Source: Bacteroidales bacterium
GTDB taxonomy: Bacteria; Bacteroidota; Bacteroidia; Bacteroidales; CAIWKO01
DNA: 64,000 bases
Assembly: GCA_035354195.1 (NCBI GenBank)
Contig: DAOQAT010000001.1
Coordinates: forward strand, 79,674 to 143,673
Reading direction: 5' to 3'
The translations under genes and the position numbers were made by a program. Below are positions 28,201 through 36,510 of the stretch, in pieces. The stretch's first letter is position 1; every line of letters begins with the position of its first letter. The notes below the pieces were generated by a model, which worked only from the letters and a program-made list of their open reading frames with translations, was not told the DNA's origin and made no database searches.

Positions 28201-29603
28201 TGCTCTTCCAGGAAAGAGCCGGTTCCTGCGGCACACACCTTATTCATCTCAAAATCTATGACCACGCCGTTTTCGATGCTGATGAACTTCGAATCCTGGC
28301 CCCCGATCTCGAAGATGGTATCCACCGTCGGATCATAGTCAATGGCGGCGGTAGCCTGCGCTGTGATCTCGTTGAGGATGGTGTCGGCGCCTAAAAAGTC
28401 ACCGGTCAGGTAACGTCCCGATCCGGTGGTTCCTACGCCAATGACCTCTACAAATTCGCCGGCTTCTATGGCAATCTCATGCATGCCGCGTTTGATGGCT
28501 TCCAGCGGCTTACTGGCCGTGGGCAGATAACGGCGGGCCACCACCCGGTGCTGTTCGTCGATAAGGACGATGTTGGTGCTCAACGAACCCACGTCCACCC
28601 CAAGGTAAACCCGGGTCTTGTTTTCTCTGGATGTTGCCGGGTATATCGTTTTGTCGTATGTGACCCTGGCCTCCACCAGCCTGGGGAGGCTGTCGGTCCG
28701 GTTACGATTGCTTCCTAAATATTCTTCCAGCTTTTTTATGCCCTTGAAGGCGGCATTCCCGTGAAAGTTCTCCCAGGTGTTCAGCAGGCCGCCGATCGCC
28801 CCCATCGAAGCGTGATGTTTCGGGATGATCAACTCGCCTTCTTTCAATCCCAATATTTCCGTGAACGCCCTCACCAATCCGGCATTGGCTGCCACTCCGC
28901 CGCTGAAAACAACGGGCAGGTTGATCTCCCGGCTGCGGGCTACGGTACAAACAAAATTACGGGCCAAAGCAAAACAGAGTCCCGCCACGATATCGTGTAC
29001 CGGGGTGGCGATCTGCTGTAGATGGATCATGTCGCTTTTTGCAAATACGCTGCAACGCCCTGCAATGCGCGGAGGTGTTTGGGAGCGTAAGGCCATTTCG
29101 CCGAATTCATTCTCGATCGAAATACCCATACGCTTGGCTTGCTGATCAAGAAAAGAACCGGTACCAGCGGCGCAAATGCTGTTCATTTCGAAATCAACCA
29201 GGCGGGAAGGGCCCCCGTCGGGATGGGGTTGCATCAGGATGAGCTTGGAATCTTCGCCTCCAATCTCAATGACGGTATGTGCCTGCGGATACATGGATCC
29301 AACAGCTGTTGCCTGGGCAATGATCTCATTTACGAACACCCCGCCCGTTAGTTCCGCTCCCAGCTTTCCGCCCGTTCCTGTGTAAGCAATACCGGAAAAC
29401 GTTTCCAACCCGTGGCGCGATATGATGTCCCCCAGTCTGCGGTGAAGGGCTTCAAACGGCTTGCCGTGCACGTAATCGTAATGCTCTTCGATCACATGCT
29501 TGTGCTCATCAAGGATCACGGTGTTAAGGGAGATGGACCCAATGTCAAAACCTAAACGGTAATCGTTTTTGGTGTTCGGATGGTTCTGAAGGTTCTGGCT
29601 CAT
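25278..29603 (-). CDS. acyl-CoA dehydratase activase-related protein (two BadF/BcrAD ATPase domains plus DUF2229-type domains)
   Basis: D(I/V)GS, EIGG.DSK, CAAGTGSFL and RC.VF..SD each twice; CxxCxNxC...GGRC; 1441 aa. Confidence 0.88.
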   Translation of the reverse strand: MSQNLQNHPNTKNDYRLGFDIGSISLNTVILDEHKHVIEEHYDYVHGKPFEALHRRLGDIISRHGLETFSGIAYTGTGGKLGAELTGGVFVNEIIAQATAVGSMYPQAHTVIEIGGEDSKLILMQPHPDGGPSRLVDFEMNSICAAGTGSFLDQQAKRMGISIENEFGEMALRSQTPPRIAGRCSVFAKSDMIHLQQIATPVHDIVAGLCFALARNFVCTVARSREINLPVVFSGGVAANAGLVRAFTEILGLKEGELIIPKHHASMGAIGGLLNTWENFHGNAAFKGIKKLEEYLGSNRNRTDSLPRLVEARVTYDKTIYPATSRENKTRVYLGVDVGSLSTNIVLIDEQHRVVARRYLPTASKPLEAIKRGMHEIAIEAGEFVEVIGVGTTGSGRYLTGDFLGADTILNEITAQATAAIDYDPTVDTIFEIGGQDSKFISIENGVVIDFEMNKVCAAGTGSFLEEQAEKLGINIINEFGELALKSENPVKMGDRCTVFMESDLNSHMQKGVKNEDLVGGLAYAIVYNYLQKLVGNRRIGNKIFFQGGVTNNKAVVAAFSQVTGKPITVPPHFDVTGAIGAAIAAKRAMKPGQKTEFKGWSISEASYKIGLFTCQACANQCEIRQVKIEGDPKPLFYGGRCEKYEKDTRKVHNKNIPGHFRKVSEIMLNGYDSAKRTGKKTIGIPRALMVFYEQFPFWRTAFEEMGFDVVVSRESDKKLVTHSLESIITETCLPVELMHGHVEGLISQNVDYIFIPFIVNAWTDQDMPTVNYHCPWVQSTPFMVRAALSGKFDTRRLLIPTFHFRYFDRVLLEEAAAYFGEQFRFSPDFVKSALRKAELVQKKVEKALKDYGRDVLANVPEGVHPVVILGKPYNCGDPFLNLGLIEKLINQNLMPIPLDVLDLPVRKVFETYRNMCWPNGQKIVAAARMVAEDPRLHAVYLSNFRCGPDSFLVHYVNEELKGKPYLHLEVDEHSADAGMITRIEAFIDSLRGAGQRSKKEVKVLRPRKSPESPSKDRILYFPYTNDAGYAISAAARRCGVESYMLPMQDERDLEIGRKYTSSRECFPMICTTGNFLRKLMEPGIDPKKVSFFMPDHNGPCRFGQYNQFQRVIFDRLGYEDVEFITPSNDSSYEGLSGGHGVKFRYNAWRGFVAIDYLRKLLQENRPYEINKGESERIYREGVKRVEDSIEFGKLSLNKALKLTALDFEKMPKDRTKRRPVVAVVGEIYMRDNAFCSNFLVQKLEALGLETLISPFSEWIEYSTYRYTRDSRWKGDKKRVRKSKRQGFFQHVLRSIVLRGLNRYVDHDKDLELKAILTNCNPYVHKDYDGDPPMALGTIATLAKKGISGVANILPFTCMPGTLVTAVSEMYRRDNNNIPLINMAYDGQDTVTQETRLQAFAHQVKEFEKNGRGSSGKIQEFPEAGKKQVITEAPVMSEAVI

Positions 29604-30065
29604 AATGGTTTTAGCAAATGGTAGTTATTAAACAAATCAGAAATAATAAAAGAACGCTGATTCATCTATCAAACGTAACGTAATTTCGGAAGCTAATTTA
29701 GCGAAAATATGAACAAGAATTTTATAGGTTAATTTTTTTTCTCGGTCTTTTTTTGTTATATGTTGAATTTCTGTAATTACCATGTTTTCTAACAAATAAA
29801 ACTTTTTATTTTTAAAATAATTTAACATTGCGAAGTTTGTGCAAAAGGCATTCCTGCGGGGCAACTTCGCTATGCATATAAAATGATAATAGTTTGGTTA
29901 GACAGTTGGCACATAATGCTCTTTGCACCCACATATTTTGCCAGGCTGCCATTCGCTGTTTGGCTGATTTTGGATTTTGTAACTTAATTAGGATAAAATT
30001 TCTTTTGTGTGTACCAAATAAAAAACCACTTACTTTTATTATCTGTAAGTGGCTGATTTTCTGTG

Positions 30066-30139
30066 TGACCCCGACAGGATTCAAACCTGTAACCTTCTGA
30101 TCCGTAGTCAGATACTCTATTCAGTTGAGCTACGGGGCC
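30066..30139 (-). tRNA. tRNA-Arg (ACG)
   Basis: Minus strand GGCCCCG...CGGGGTC acceptor, TCTGA-CTACGGA-TCAGA anticodon arm, T loop TTTGAAT; -7 box at 30151-30158. Confidence 0.95.
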
Positions 30140-30192
30140 TTTTGAGTGTGCAAAATTAATACTTTTTAATAAAGAAATTAAAAAATCGGACT

Positions 30193-30705
30193 TTATTTTT
30201 TCGAAAAGCGCGGAAACCAACGCGGAACTTCATTACAGTATACATCCCAGCTGTCGCCGAAACGCCGTTCCAACTGAGGTTCTTCGTAATTCACCACATA
30301 CAACTGTTGTATCCGCAGCCAGGCAATAAAATATAAAAGCAACAGCGGCATACCGTTATAAATAACTTCGCCCGCCAGGGCAATGGTGAGCGCCCACATC
30401 ATCGGGTGCCTGACGTATGCATAAATATTCCTCTTCATAATTTTCTGAGGTGAGGAAGTCACTGCCGGTGTGCCTTTGCCGGTGAAAAGCATCAGCATCG
30501 TACAATATATGGCGAGGGCGGCACCCGACCACATCACGATCTCACTTAAGATCTGGCTTCCCGGGAAGCTGAAAATGGGTAATCCGTACTTTTTTGACAG
30601 GAAAATGATAAACTGCGGTATGATGAACAAAATGGTGAACGGCCCTATAAAAGCGTAAAGGGATCCGTCTATAACTTTTCTTATAAATTTCAAAACACTG
30701 AGCAT
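30193..30705 (-). CDS. isoprenylcysteine carboxylmethyltransferase / PEMT-family membrane methyltransferase
   Basis: GKGTP, YAYVRHPM, EEPQLERRFG..W..Y...VPRW. Confidence 0.85.
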   Translation of the reverse strand: MLSVLKFIRKVIDGSLYAFIGPFTILFIIPQFIIFLSKKYGLPIFSFPGSQILSEIVMWSGAALAIYCTMLMLFTGKGTPAVTSSPQKIMKRNIYAYVRHPMMWALTIALAGEVIYNGMPLLLLYFIAWLRIQQLYVVNYEEPQLERRFGDSWDVYCNEVPRWFPRFSKK

Positions 30706-30834
30706 ACAAAGGATTTAAAGGAAATACGTGATTTAAAGCGGCAAAATTACAATAATTTATTCTTATATTACTATTAACTCTAAAGAGCATCCGGAACAAA
30801 GTTTTTTTTTACTTTTACAGCCCGGTTATAAAAA

Positions 30835-31596
30835 ATGATAAAACCTACATTGAAAAATATTTTGGTACCTCTAAAAGCCTTGGTATCGCTGTTGATTTTC
30901 ATCATCACCACGCAATTTTTTACACTGCTGATCCTGGTGCCTTTTTCAAATAAAAAAAGATCGGCCGCAACTTTTTATACGAAACTCCTTACTTTTTACG
31001 CCCGTTTTATCATCAAAACCCACTTCAACATTAAAGTGAAACACCTGAACAAGCCCGAACAACTTTTTCAACATCCTGCTTTGGTGGTATGCAATCATCA
31101 GTCGATCATTGATGTCCCGGTTTCATTATCCCTGACTCCCAAAATGCGGGTGCTCAACAACAACTGGCACGACAATGCAGGTGCAAAGTTTTTTATTACC
31201 AAGTATATCGGTTTTTTCTCCATTTATCAGGACCTTGACATTCTCGTAAAGAAACTGGAACCTTCTGTAAAAATGGGATGCCCCCTGCTGGTTTTCCCGG
31301 AAGGTATCATGAATTACGGCCAGCAAATTAAACGTTTTCACAAAGGTGGTTTTTATATTGCGCGAAACCTCGACCTTGACGTACAGCCTGTAGTTATTTA
31401 TTATTCAGAAAATGTTTTAAGAAGACGCTGGTTTTATATGAAAAACGGTGATGTTGTGGTGAAATTTCTAGATCCAATAAAAGTAAACAGCCCTTTGTAT
31501 GGTGAGACTTACCAGGAACTTACTCATAATGTGATGTGCGAAATGCGTAACGAATATGCTGCCATAAAAGCAGCTTACGAGTCGGGCAGCTTATAA
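30835..31596 (+). CDS. lysophospholipid (PlsC-like) acyltransferase
   Basis: NHQSIID and FPEG motifs. Confidence 0.88.
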   Translation: MIKPTLKNILVPLKALVSLLIFIITTQFFTLLILVPFSNKKRSAATFYTKLLTFYARFIIKTHFNIKVKHLNKPEQLFQHPALVVCNHQSIIDVPVSLSLTPKMRVLNNNWHDNAGAKFFITKYIGFFSIYQDLDILVKKLEPSVKMGCPLLVFPEGIMNYGQQIKRFHKGGFYIARNLDLDVQPVVIYYSENVLRRRWFYMKNGDVVVKFLDPIKVNSPLYGETYQELTHNVMCEMRNEYAAIKAAYESGSL

Positions 31597-31682
31597 GAAT
31601 TTCATTTATTAAAAATTTCATCAATCTTAATAAGTTTCAGAATTTCAATTATTTGACACATAATCCAACCTATATTGTTTCT

Positions 31683-31915
31683 TAGTCTGTTACATCGGAT
31701 CGCTAGGGTGGATGAGCGTTGGCCTGCCCAGACAGCGGGCCAGCACTGGCGTGAATCAGAAAATATTTGAAAATCTTCAAAGGCGCCAACGGCGTCTCCC
31801 GTATCCGCCAATCCGGCGGATCGGGACAACTTTGAATAGATTTTCAATATTTTTGAGAGCCTGCCTGAACGACTGTTCAGTCGGGCAGGCGGGTTGAAGC
31901 ATTGTCTGGGCTGTC
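31683..31915 (+). repeat. structured ~250-bp repeat, copy A, 5' part (continues 33480-33530)
   Basis: Colinear with 56367-56586; interrupted by a micro-palindrome and IS110. Confidence 0.85.
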
Positions 31916-32136
31916 TCCGCCGTATTCTAAGGTCTAAAAAAGAGAAATCTGCTAAAGTTATTAACAATTTAGGCGGCAAATTTAAATGTTTCAACATAAG
32001 GTGTCCCTCTTTTTACAACAGCAAAGATTCGTGCTATAAGTTTGTTTCTAATAATGTTTATTGTACTCATTCCATTTGCTCCTTTTGCTTTTCTATTTTG
32101 ATAATAAATTTTCATTTCCGGGTTATAAAGAATAGC
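31916..32136 (-). repeat. exact 221-bp duplicate of the IS110 right end plus transposase 3' end
   Basis: Identical to 32160-32380. Confidence 0.92.
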
Positions 32137-32212
32137 CCGTTTTGAATTTTGAAAATTTTTCCGCCGTATTCTAAGGTCTAAAAAAGAGAAATCTGCTAAA
32201 GTTATTAACAAT

Positions 32213-33208
32213 TTAGGCGGCAAATTTAAATGTTTCAACATAAGGTGTCCCTCTTTTTACAACAGCAAAGATTCGTGCTATAAGTTTGTTTCTAATAATG
32301 TTTATTGTACTCATTCCATTTGCTCCTTTTGCTTTTCTATTTTGATAATAAATTTTCATTTCCGGGTTATAAAGAATAGCTGAAATAGCGCATAAATTAA
32401 GCAAGGCTTTTATTTTTTTATTCGCCAAATGGCTTACTTTATTACGACCCTTTACACTGGTTCCTGAGGTATACGGAAACGGAGCTGTTCCGGCATAACT
32501 TGCAAACTTCCTCCATGTATCAAAATTGGTAAAACAGTTGGTATAAGCTATCATTACCAATGCTGTCTGTTTACCTACACCTTTTATACTGATAATTAAG
32601 TAATATTGCTTTTTAATAAGCTCATCGCTTTTAATAATACTATCAAGTTCTTTTTCGATTTTTATTATCAGCTTATTTTGGTCCTTTATTGATTTTTCAA
32701 TTACTTCAAGCAATACTTTATTATCTTTTGGTTTTAAAAACAAAAGATTCTCTTTGCTGTCTTTTAAGAAACTGCCTCTTTGCCTGACAAGACGGTCTCT
32801 TAAAGCAAGCAGCCGGCGCATCTTTAAAATATTTTCAAAAGGTAATCGCGATGGAATGATTTTGTCTCTTTTTTGATACGCATATTCGGCTATTCTTTTT
32901 GCATCAATTTTATCATTCTTTCCCCTTTGAATACCAAGAGATCTCTTAATCTCAAGACCAGGCAGCAGGACGAAATTATAACCTTTTTCCGACAGAAAAA
33001 CAGAAATCGGTAATGAATAGATTCCCGTATGTTCCATAGCAATAAGTATTTCTTCTTTATTGCAAGAAACATTTTTTAGCAACCAAGAGATAAGCTTCTT
33101 AAAACCATTGGTGTTGTTTTCAAGTAACGATGATTTTTGCGTTGAAAGGACCCTAACATCAAATTTCAATTTTGAAATGTCAATGCCAACAAATTCTTTA
33201 AATTTCAT
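32213..33208 (-). CDS. IS110 family transposase (bridge recombinase)
   Basis: VGIDISK, MEHTG, KNDKIDA (DEDD); SIKGVG; SG serine motif in YTSGTSV. Confidence 0.95.
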   Translation of the reverse strand: MKFKEFVGIDISKLKFDVRVLSTQKSSLLENNTNGFKKLISWLLKNVSCNKEEILIAMEHTGIYSLPISVFLSEKGYNFVLLPGLEIKRSLGIQRGKNDKIDAKRIAEYAYQKRDKIIPSRLPFENILKMRRLLALRDRLVRQRGSFLKDSKENLLFLKPKDNKVLLEVIEKSIKDQNKLIIKIEKELDSIIKSDELIKKQYYLIISIKGVGKQTALVMIAYTNCFTNFDTWRKFASYAGTAPFPYTSGTSVKGRNKVSHLANKKIKALLNLCAISAILYNPEMKIYYQNRKAKGANGMSTINIIRNKLIARIFAVVKRGTPYVETFKFAA

Positions 33209-33234
33209 ATCTTTGTTTTTAAATTAATAAATAA

Positions 33235-33455
33235 AGTTGCAAGACAAAAACCTTTAATAGACCGCACGTCTAAAATTCTAAATTGTTCTGCGCAACTATG
33301 TAAAAGAATGGGGACTAATACGGCGGAAAGGTCTTACCTGTCGGCGGACAAAGTTCACCCCATTCTTTTTTTTCAACAAATAAACACATATTAACAAAAG
33401 AAAAAGAAGCAAAAAGAAAATAATACTAATAATAATTATTATTCTTATAATTCCC
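33235..33455 (-). ncRNA. predicted IS110 bridge RNA (target loop 33302-33369, donor loop 33235-33297)
   Basis: Two stem-closed internal loops whose guide segments match the flanks and the element ends; -7 box TAGATTTG at 33461-33468; 5' end estimated. Confidence 0.8.
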
Positions 33456-33479
33456 TTTTGCAAATCTAAAGGCGGCGGA

Positions 33480-33530
33480 TTCTTTGGTTCGTTTCTTTTG
33501 GACAGGCAAAAGAAATGAACGCTTATATCA
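33480..33530 (+). repeat. structured repeat copy A, 3' part
   Basis: TTCTTTGGTTCGTTTCTTTTGGACAGGCAAAAGAAATGAAC matches 56570-56610. Confidence 0.85.
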
Positions 33531-33618
33531 AAAAAATATTCCAATAAAAGTTAGATGTTTTAATCTACTTTTTTAAAGTATTGGAAATTGGGTTAAATTT
33601 GCAGGAAAAATAACAGCG

Positions 33619-35289
33619 TTGGTAGTTTTGTATTTATTGTCCGGCCTCGCCCTGCTTATTATTCTGTTTATTGCTTTCTATGCAATTGTGGTGATCAAGG
33701 TACCGCCAAATGTACCGGGACTTGATTTGTCGGATTATTCGATAAAAAAAAACGGTGATATATCCCGTATTGGAAAAAACTGGCTGACAAAAAACAAATG
33801 GGGCTTATACGAAATGTATATCGAAGGGCCTCCCTTTGAACGCGGAGTGGCCAACGGCAGGCTGGCCGAGAAACTGATTTACACGCAGGAAAAGATTTTT
33901 GTTGCCGAAATAAAAAAGATCATTACCAATAATTTTTACCTTGGCTTTCTTAAATATATTGTCGCCTGGATCAACAGGAAACTGAAATTTCATATTGGCG
34001 AGGAATACAACATGGAAATTTACGGGGTGTCGCTGTCCGCATCTAAAGATTTCAGGCTGATCGGCCCGAATTATATGCGAATGCTGAATTATCATGCTGC
34101 GCACGATATCGGACACATGTTGCAGGATATGAACCTGGTCGGTTGCAGCTCTTTTGCAGCTCTGGGAAACAGGACTGCTGACGGTAAAATAATACATGCC
34201 CGGAACTTTGATTTTTATGTCGGAGACGAGTTTTGTAAAGAGAAAATAGTGACTTTTTATGCTCCCGAAAAGGGATATAAATTCGTGATGATCACCTGGG
34301 GCGCCTTGATCGGAACGGTTTCCGGAATGAATATGAACGGGCTGGCCATAACCGTCAATGCCGCCAAATCAAAACTTCCTGTAAAAACCACCACACCGGT
34401 TACCATACTCATCAGGGAAATGCTCCAGTATGCAGCTACCATTGATGAAGTAATTGATATTGCCCGCAAACGTAAAATCTCCGTTTCCGAATCTTTTATG
34501 GTCAGCTCAGGGCCGGAGCAACGTGTGGTGATTATTGAAAAAACGCCATACCGCACAGAAATTTTTGATCCCGGAACAGATCAGATTATCTGTACCAACC
34601 ATTTTCAATCCGAAGCATTAAAAGATGATGCGTTAAACCTGCAACAAATAGCTGAAAGCGCTTCGATGTACCGCTATCAAAGGCTGGAGGAACTTCTTGA
34701 AAGATTTCCTAAAATCACCGTTCAGTCCGCTGTTGAAATATTACGCGACCGGCTGGGCATGCACGATGAACCGATCGGGGACGGGAACGAAAAAACGTTG
34801 AACCAGTTGCTGGCACATCATTCAATAGTTTTTAACCCGAACGACCTGAAAATGTGGATTTCTGCAGGGCCTTTTGGCCTGGGAGCATTTATCTGTTATG
34901 ATCTCCGTACGGTGTTTGAAAAAGATGGCGCTGTCGACGAAAATACGGTCATCATTAATGAACACGAAACAATTGCCGCGGATGACTTTCTGAATAACGG
35001 AGGCTTTAAACGATTTGAAAAGTTCAAGGAAATAAAAGATACGCTGGCAAATGTAGCATCAGATGGCGCTGTTCCCTTGTCCATGATTGATGATTTGGTA
35101 GCGCTGAATCCTTCGTATTTTCTGACCTACAGCATAGGCGGAGATTTTCTTAAGAGAAAACATCATTATGAGAAAGCTGTTGAATTATATCAGACAGCGC
35201 TGCAAAAAGAAATACCAACCCTGAAGGAACGGGAGGTGATCAGGAAAAACCTGGATCATTGCATGAAAAAACTGGCACAACACAATTAA
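33619..35289 (+). CDS. peptidase C45 family autoproteolytic acyltransferase/hydrolase
   Basis: G-CSSFA nucleophile site, ARNFDF, SGMN..GL, CTNHFQS; TTG start; TAAATTTG box at 33594-33601. Confidence 0.85.
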   Translation: MVVLYLLSGLALLIILFIAFYAIVVIKVPPNVPGLDLSDYSIKKNGDISRIGKNWLTKNKWGLYEMYIEGPPFERGVANGRLAEKLIYTQEKIFVAEIKKIITNNFYLGFLKYIVAWINRKLKFHIGEEYNMEIYGVSLSASKDFRLIGPNYMRMLNYHAAHDIGHMLQDMNLVGCSSFAALGNRTADGKIIHARNFDFYVGDEFCKEKIVTFYAPEKGYKFVMITWGALIGTVSGMNMNGLAITVNAAKSKLPVKTTTPVTILIREMLQYAATIDEVIDIARKRKISVSESFMVSSGPEQRVVIIEKTPYRTEIFDPGTDQIICTNHFQSEALKDDALNLQQIAESASMYRYQRLEELLERFPKITVQSAVEILRDRLGMHDEPIGDGNEKTLNQLLAHHSIVFNPNDLKMWISAGPFGLGAFICYDLRTVFEKDGAVDENTVIINEHETIAADDFLNNGGFKRFEKFKEIKDTLANVASDGAVPLSMIDDLVALNPSYFLTYSIGGDFLKRKHHYEKAVELYQTALQKEIPTLKEREVIRKNLDHCMKKLAQHN

Positions 35290-36506
35290 TGGCTGATAAA
35301 AGTAACATAAGAAAGCAGTTTGACGACCTGAAGTGTTGTGTGATCATTCCCACATACAACAATGCACAGACATTACGGGCCGTGATCGCTGGAGTGTTGG
35401 AATATACCAGCCATGTTGTGGTGGTTAACGACGGTTCCACCGATGCGACCAAAGAAATCATCGAAAGCTTTGAGGGCTTGCTTTCCATACATTTTCCGAA
35501 AAACAAAGGGAAAGGTTACGCCTTGCGCAAAGCCATAAAGTTTGCCTTTGAACAAGGCTATAATTACGGCATCACCATCGATTCCGACGGGCAACACCTG
35601 CCATCGGACCTTCCATTATTTATCGAAAAGATCAAAGAAAATCCAGAAGCGATCATCATTGGGTCCAGAAATATGGAGCAGGAAGGCGTTCCGGGGAAAA
35701 GTAGTTTTGGCAACAGGTTTTCCAATTTCTGGTTTTATATCGAAACCGGCAATAAACTTCCCGACACCCAGTCAGGGTATCGTTCATACCCCTTGTTTTT
35801 ATTACATAAGCGGAGGTTTTTCGGACGAAAATATGAATTTGAAGTAGAGGTGCTGGTCCGTTCTTCGTGGAAACGAATTGAAATTATTCCTTTGCCTGTG
35901 AGCGTTTATTATGCCCCGAAACCTGAAAGAATAAGCCATTTCAGGCCGTTCACCGATTTTTTCAGGATCAGCCTGCTGAATTTTGTGCTTTTTTTCTATG
36001 CAATTTTAATCGTCAACCCTTTCAGGTTTGTAAAAGCATTGAATAAAAAAAACATAAAGGAATTTTTTCAGAAAGAGTTTATTCAAAGTGGAGACAAGGA
36101 TTCAAAGATCATTTTTTCGGTGATGCTGGGCGTTTTTATTGGTGTGGCGCCGGTCTGGGGATGGCAGATGGCTTTGGCGCTGATACTGGCCATGCTGTTA
36201 AAACTGAACCGGATGATCACTATAGTCGCCTGCAATGTGAGCATCCCGCCGATGATCCCGCTGATTATCTACCTTAGTTATTTGTTCGGAGGTATCGTGT
36301 ACCATCATGATGTGGTTTATATGCAATATTCCCATGATATCACCCTCGAAAAAATAAAGCTAAACGTGATCCAATACCTGATCGGCAGTTTGTTTTTTGG
36401 AGCCGTACTTTCATTAATTTCGGGGCTGGGCACATGGATTTTGTTGAAAATTTTCAGAAAAAAACGGGTCGTCACAGAAGAGGTCAAAATAAATACAGAG
36501 AAGTAA
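35289..36506 (+). CDS. GT2 glycosyltransferase fused to DUF2062 membrane domain
   Basis: IIPTYNN, VNDGSTD, DSDGQH, DTQSGYR; hydrophobic C-terminus; ATG overlaps upstream stop (TAATG). Confidence 0.88.
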   Translation: MADKSNIRKQFDDLKCCVIIPTYNNAQTLRAVIAGVLEYTSHVVVVNDGSTDATKEIIESFEGLLSIHFPKNKGKGYALRKAIKFAFEQGYNYGITIDSDGQHLPSDLPLFIEKIKENPEAIIIGSRNMEQEGVPGKSSFGNRFSNFWFYIETGNKLPDTQSGYRSYPLFLLHKRRFFGRKYEFEVEVLVRSSWKRIEIIPLPVSVYYAPKPERISHFRPFTDFFRISLLNFVLFFYAILIVNPFRFVKALNKKNIKEFFQKEFIQSGDKDSKIIFSVMLGVFIGVAPVWGWQMALALILAMLLKLNRMITIVACNVSIPPMIPLIIYLSYLFGGIVYHHDVVYMQYSHDITLEKIKLNVIQYLIGSLFFGAVLSLISGLGTWILLKIFRKKRVVTEEVKINTEK

Positions 36507-36510
36507 ACGG

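Larger units (their letters stand above)
32167..33472 (-). mobile_element. IS110-family insertion sequence
   Basis: DEDD recombinase gene, long non-coding left end, no terminal inverted repeats; flanked by TCCGCCG (32160-32166) and CGGCGGA (33473-33479); ends uncertain by 1-2 nt. Confidence 0.92.

Noticed and set aside
25398..29385. Many antisense ORFs up to 241 aa
   Set aside because: Shadow frames of the GC-richer activase gene with no recognisable motifs
30066..30139. tRNA pseudogene because the T loop reads TTTGAAT
   Set aside because: All stems pair and a promoter box is present; treated as a functional variant
31602..32241. ORFs 31602..31997, 31712..31897, 31894..32145 and 31969..32241 as genes
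   Set aside because: They arise from the duplicated IS110 end and the structured repeat
33296..33544. 82-aa hydrophobic ORF
   Set aside because: Spans the IS boundary and overlaps the predicted bridge RNA; low-complexity AT-rich translation
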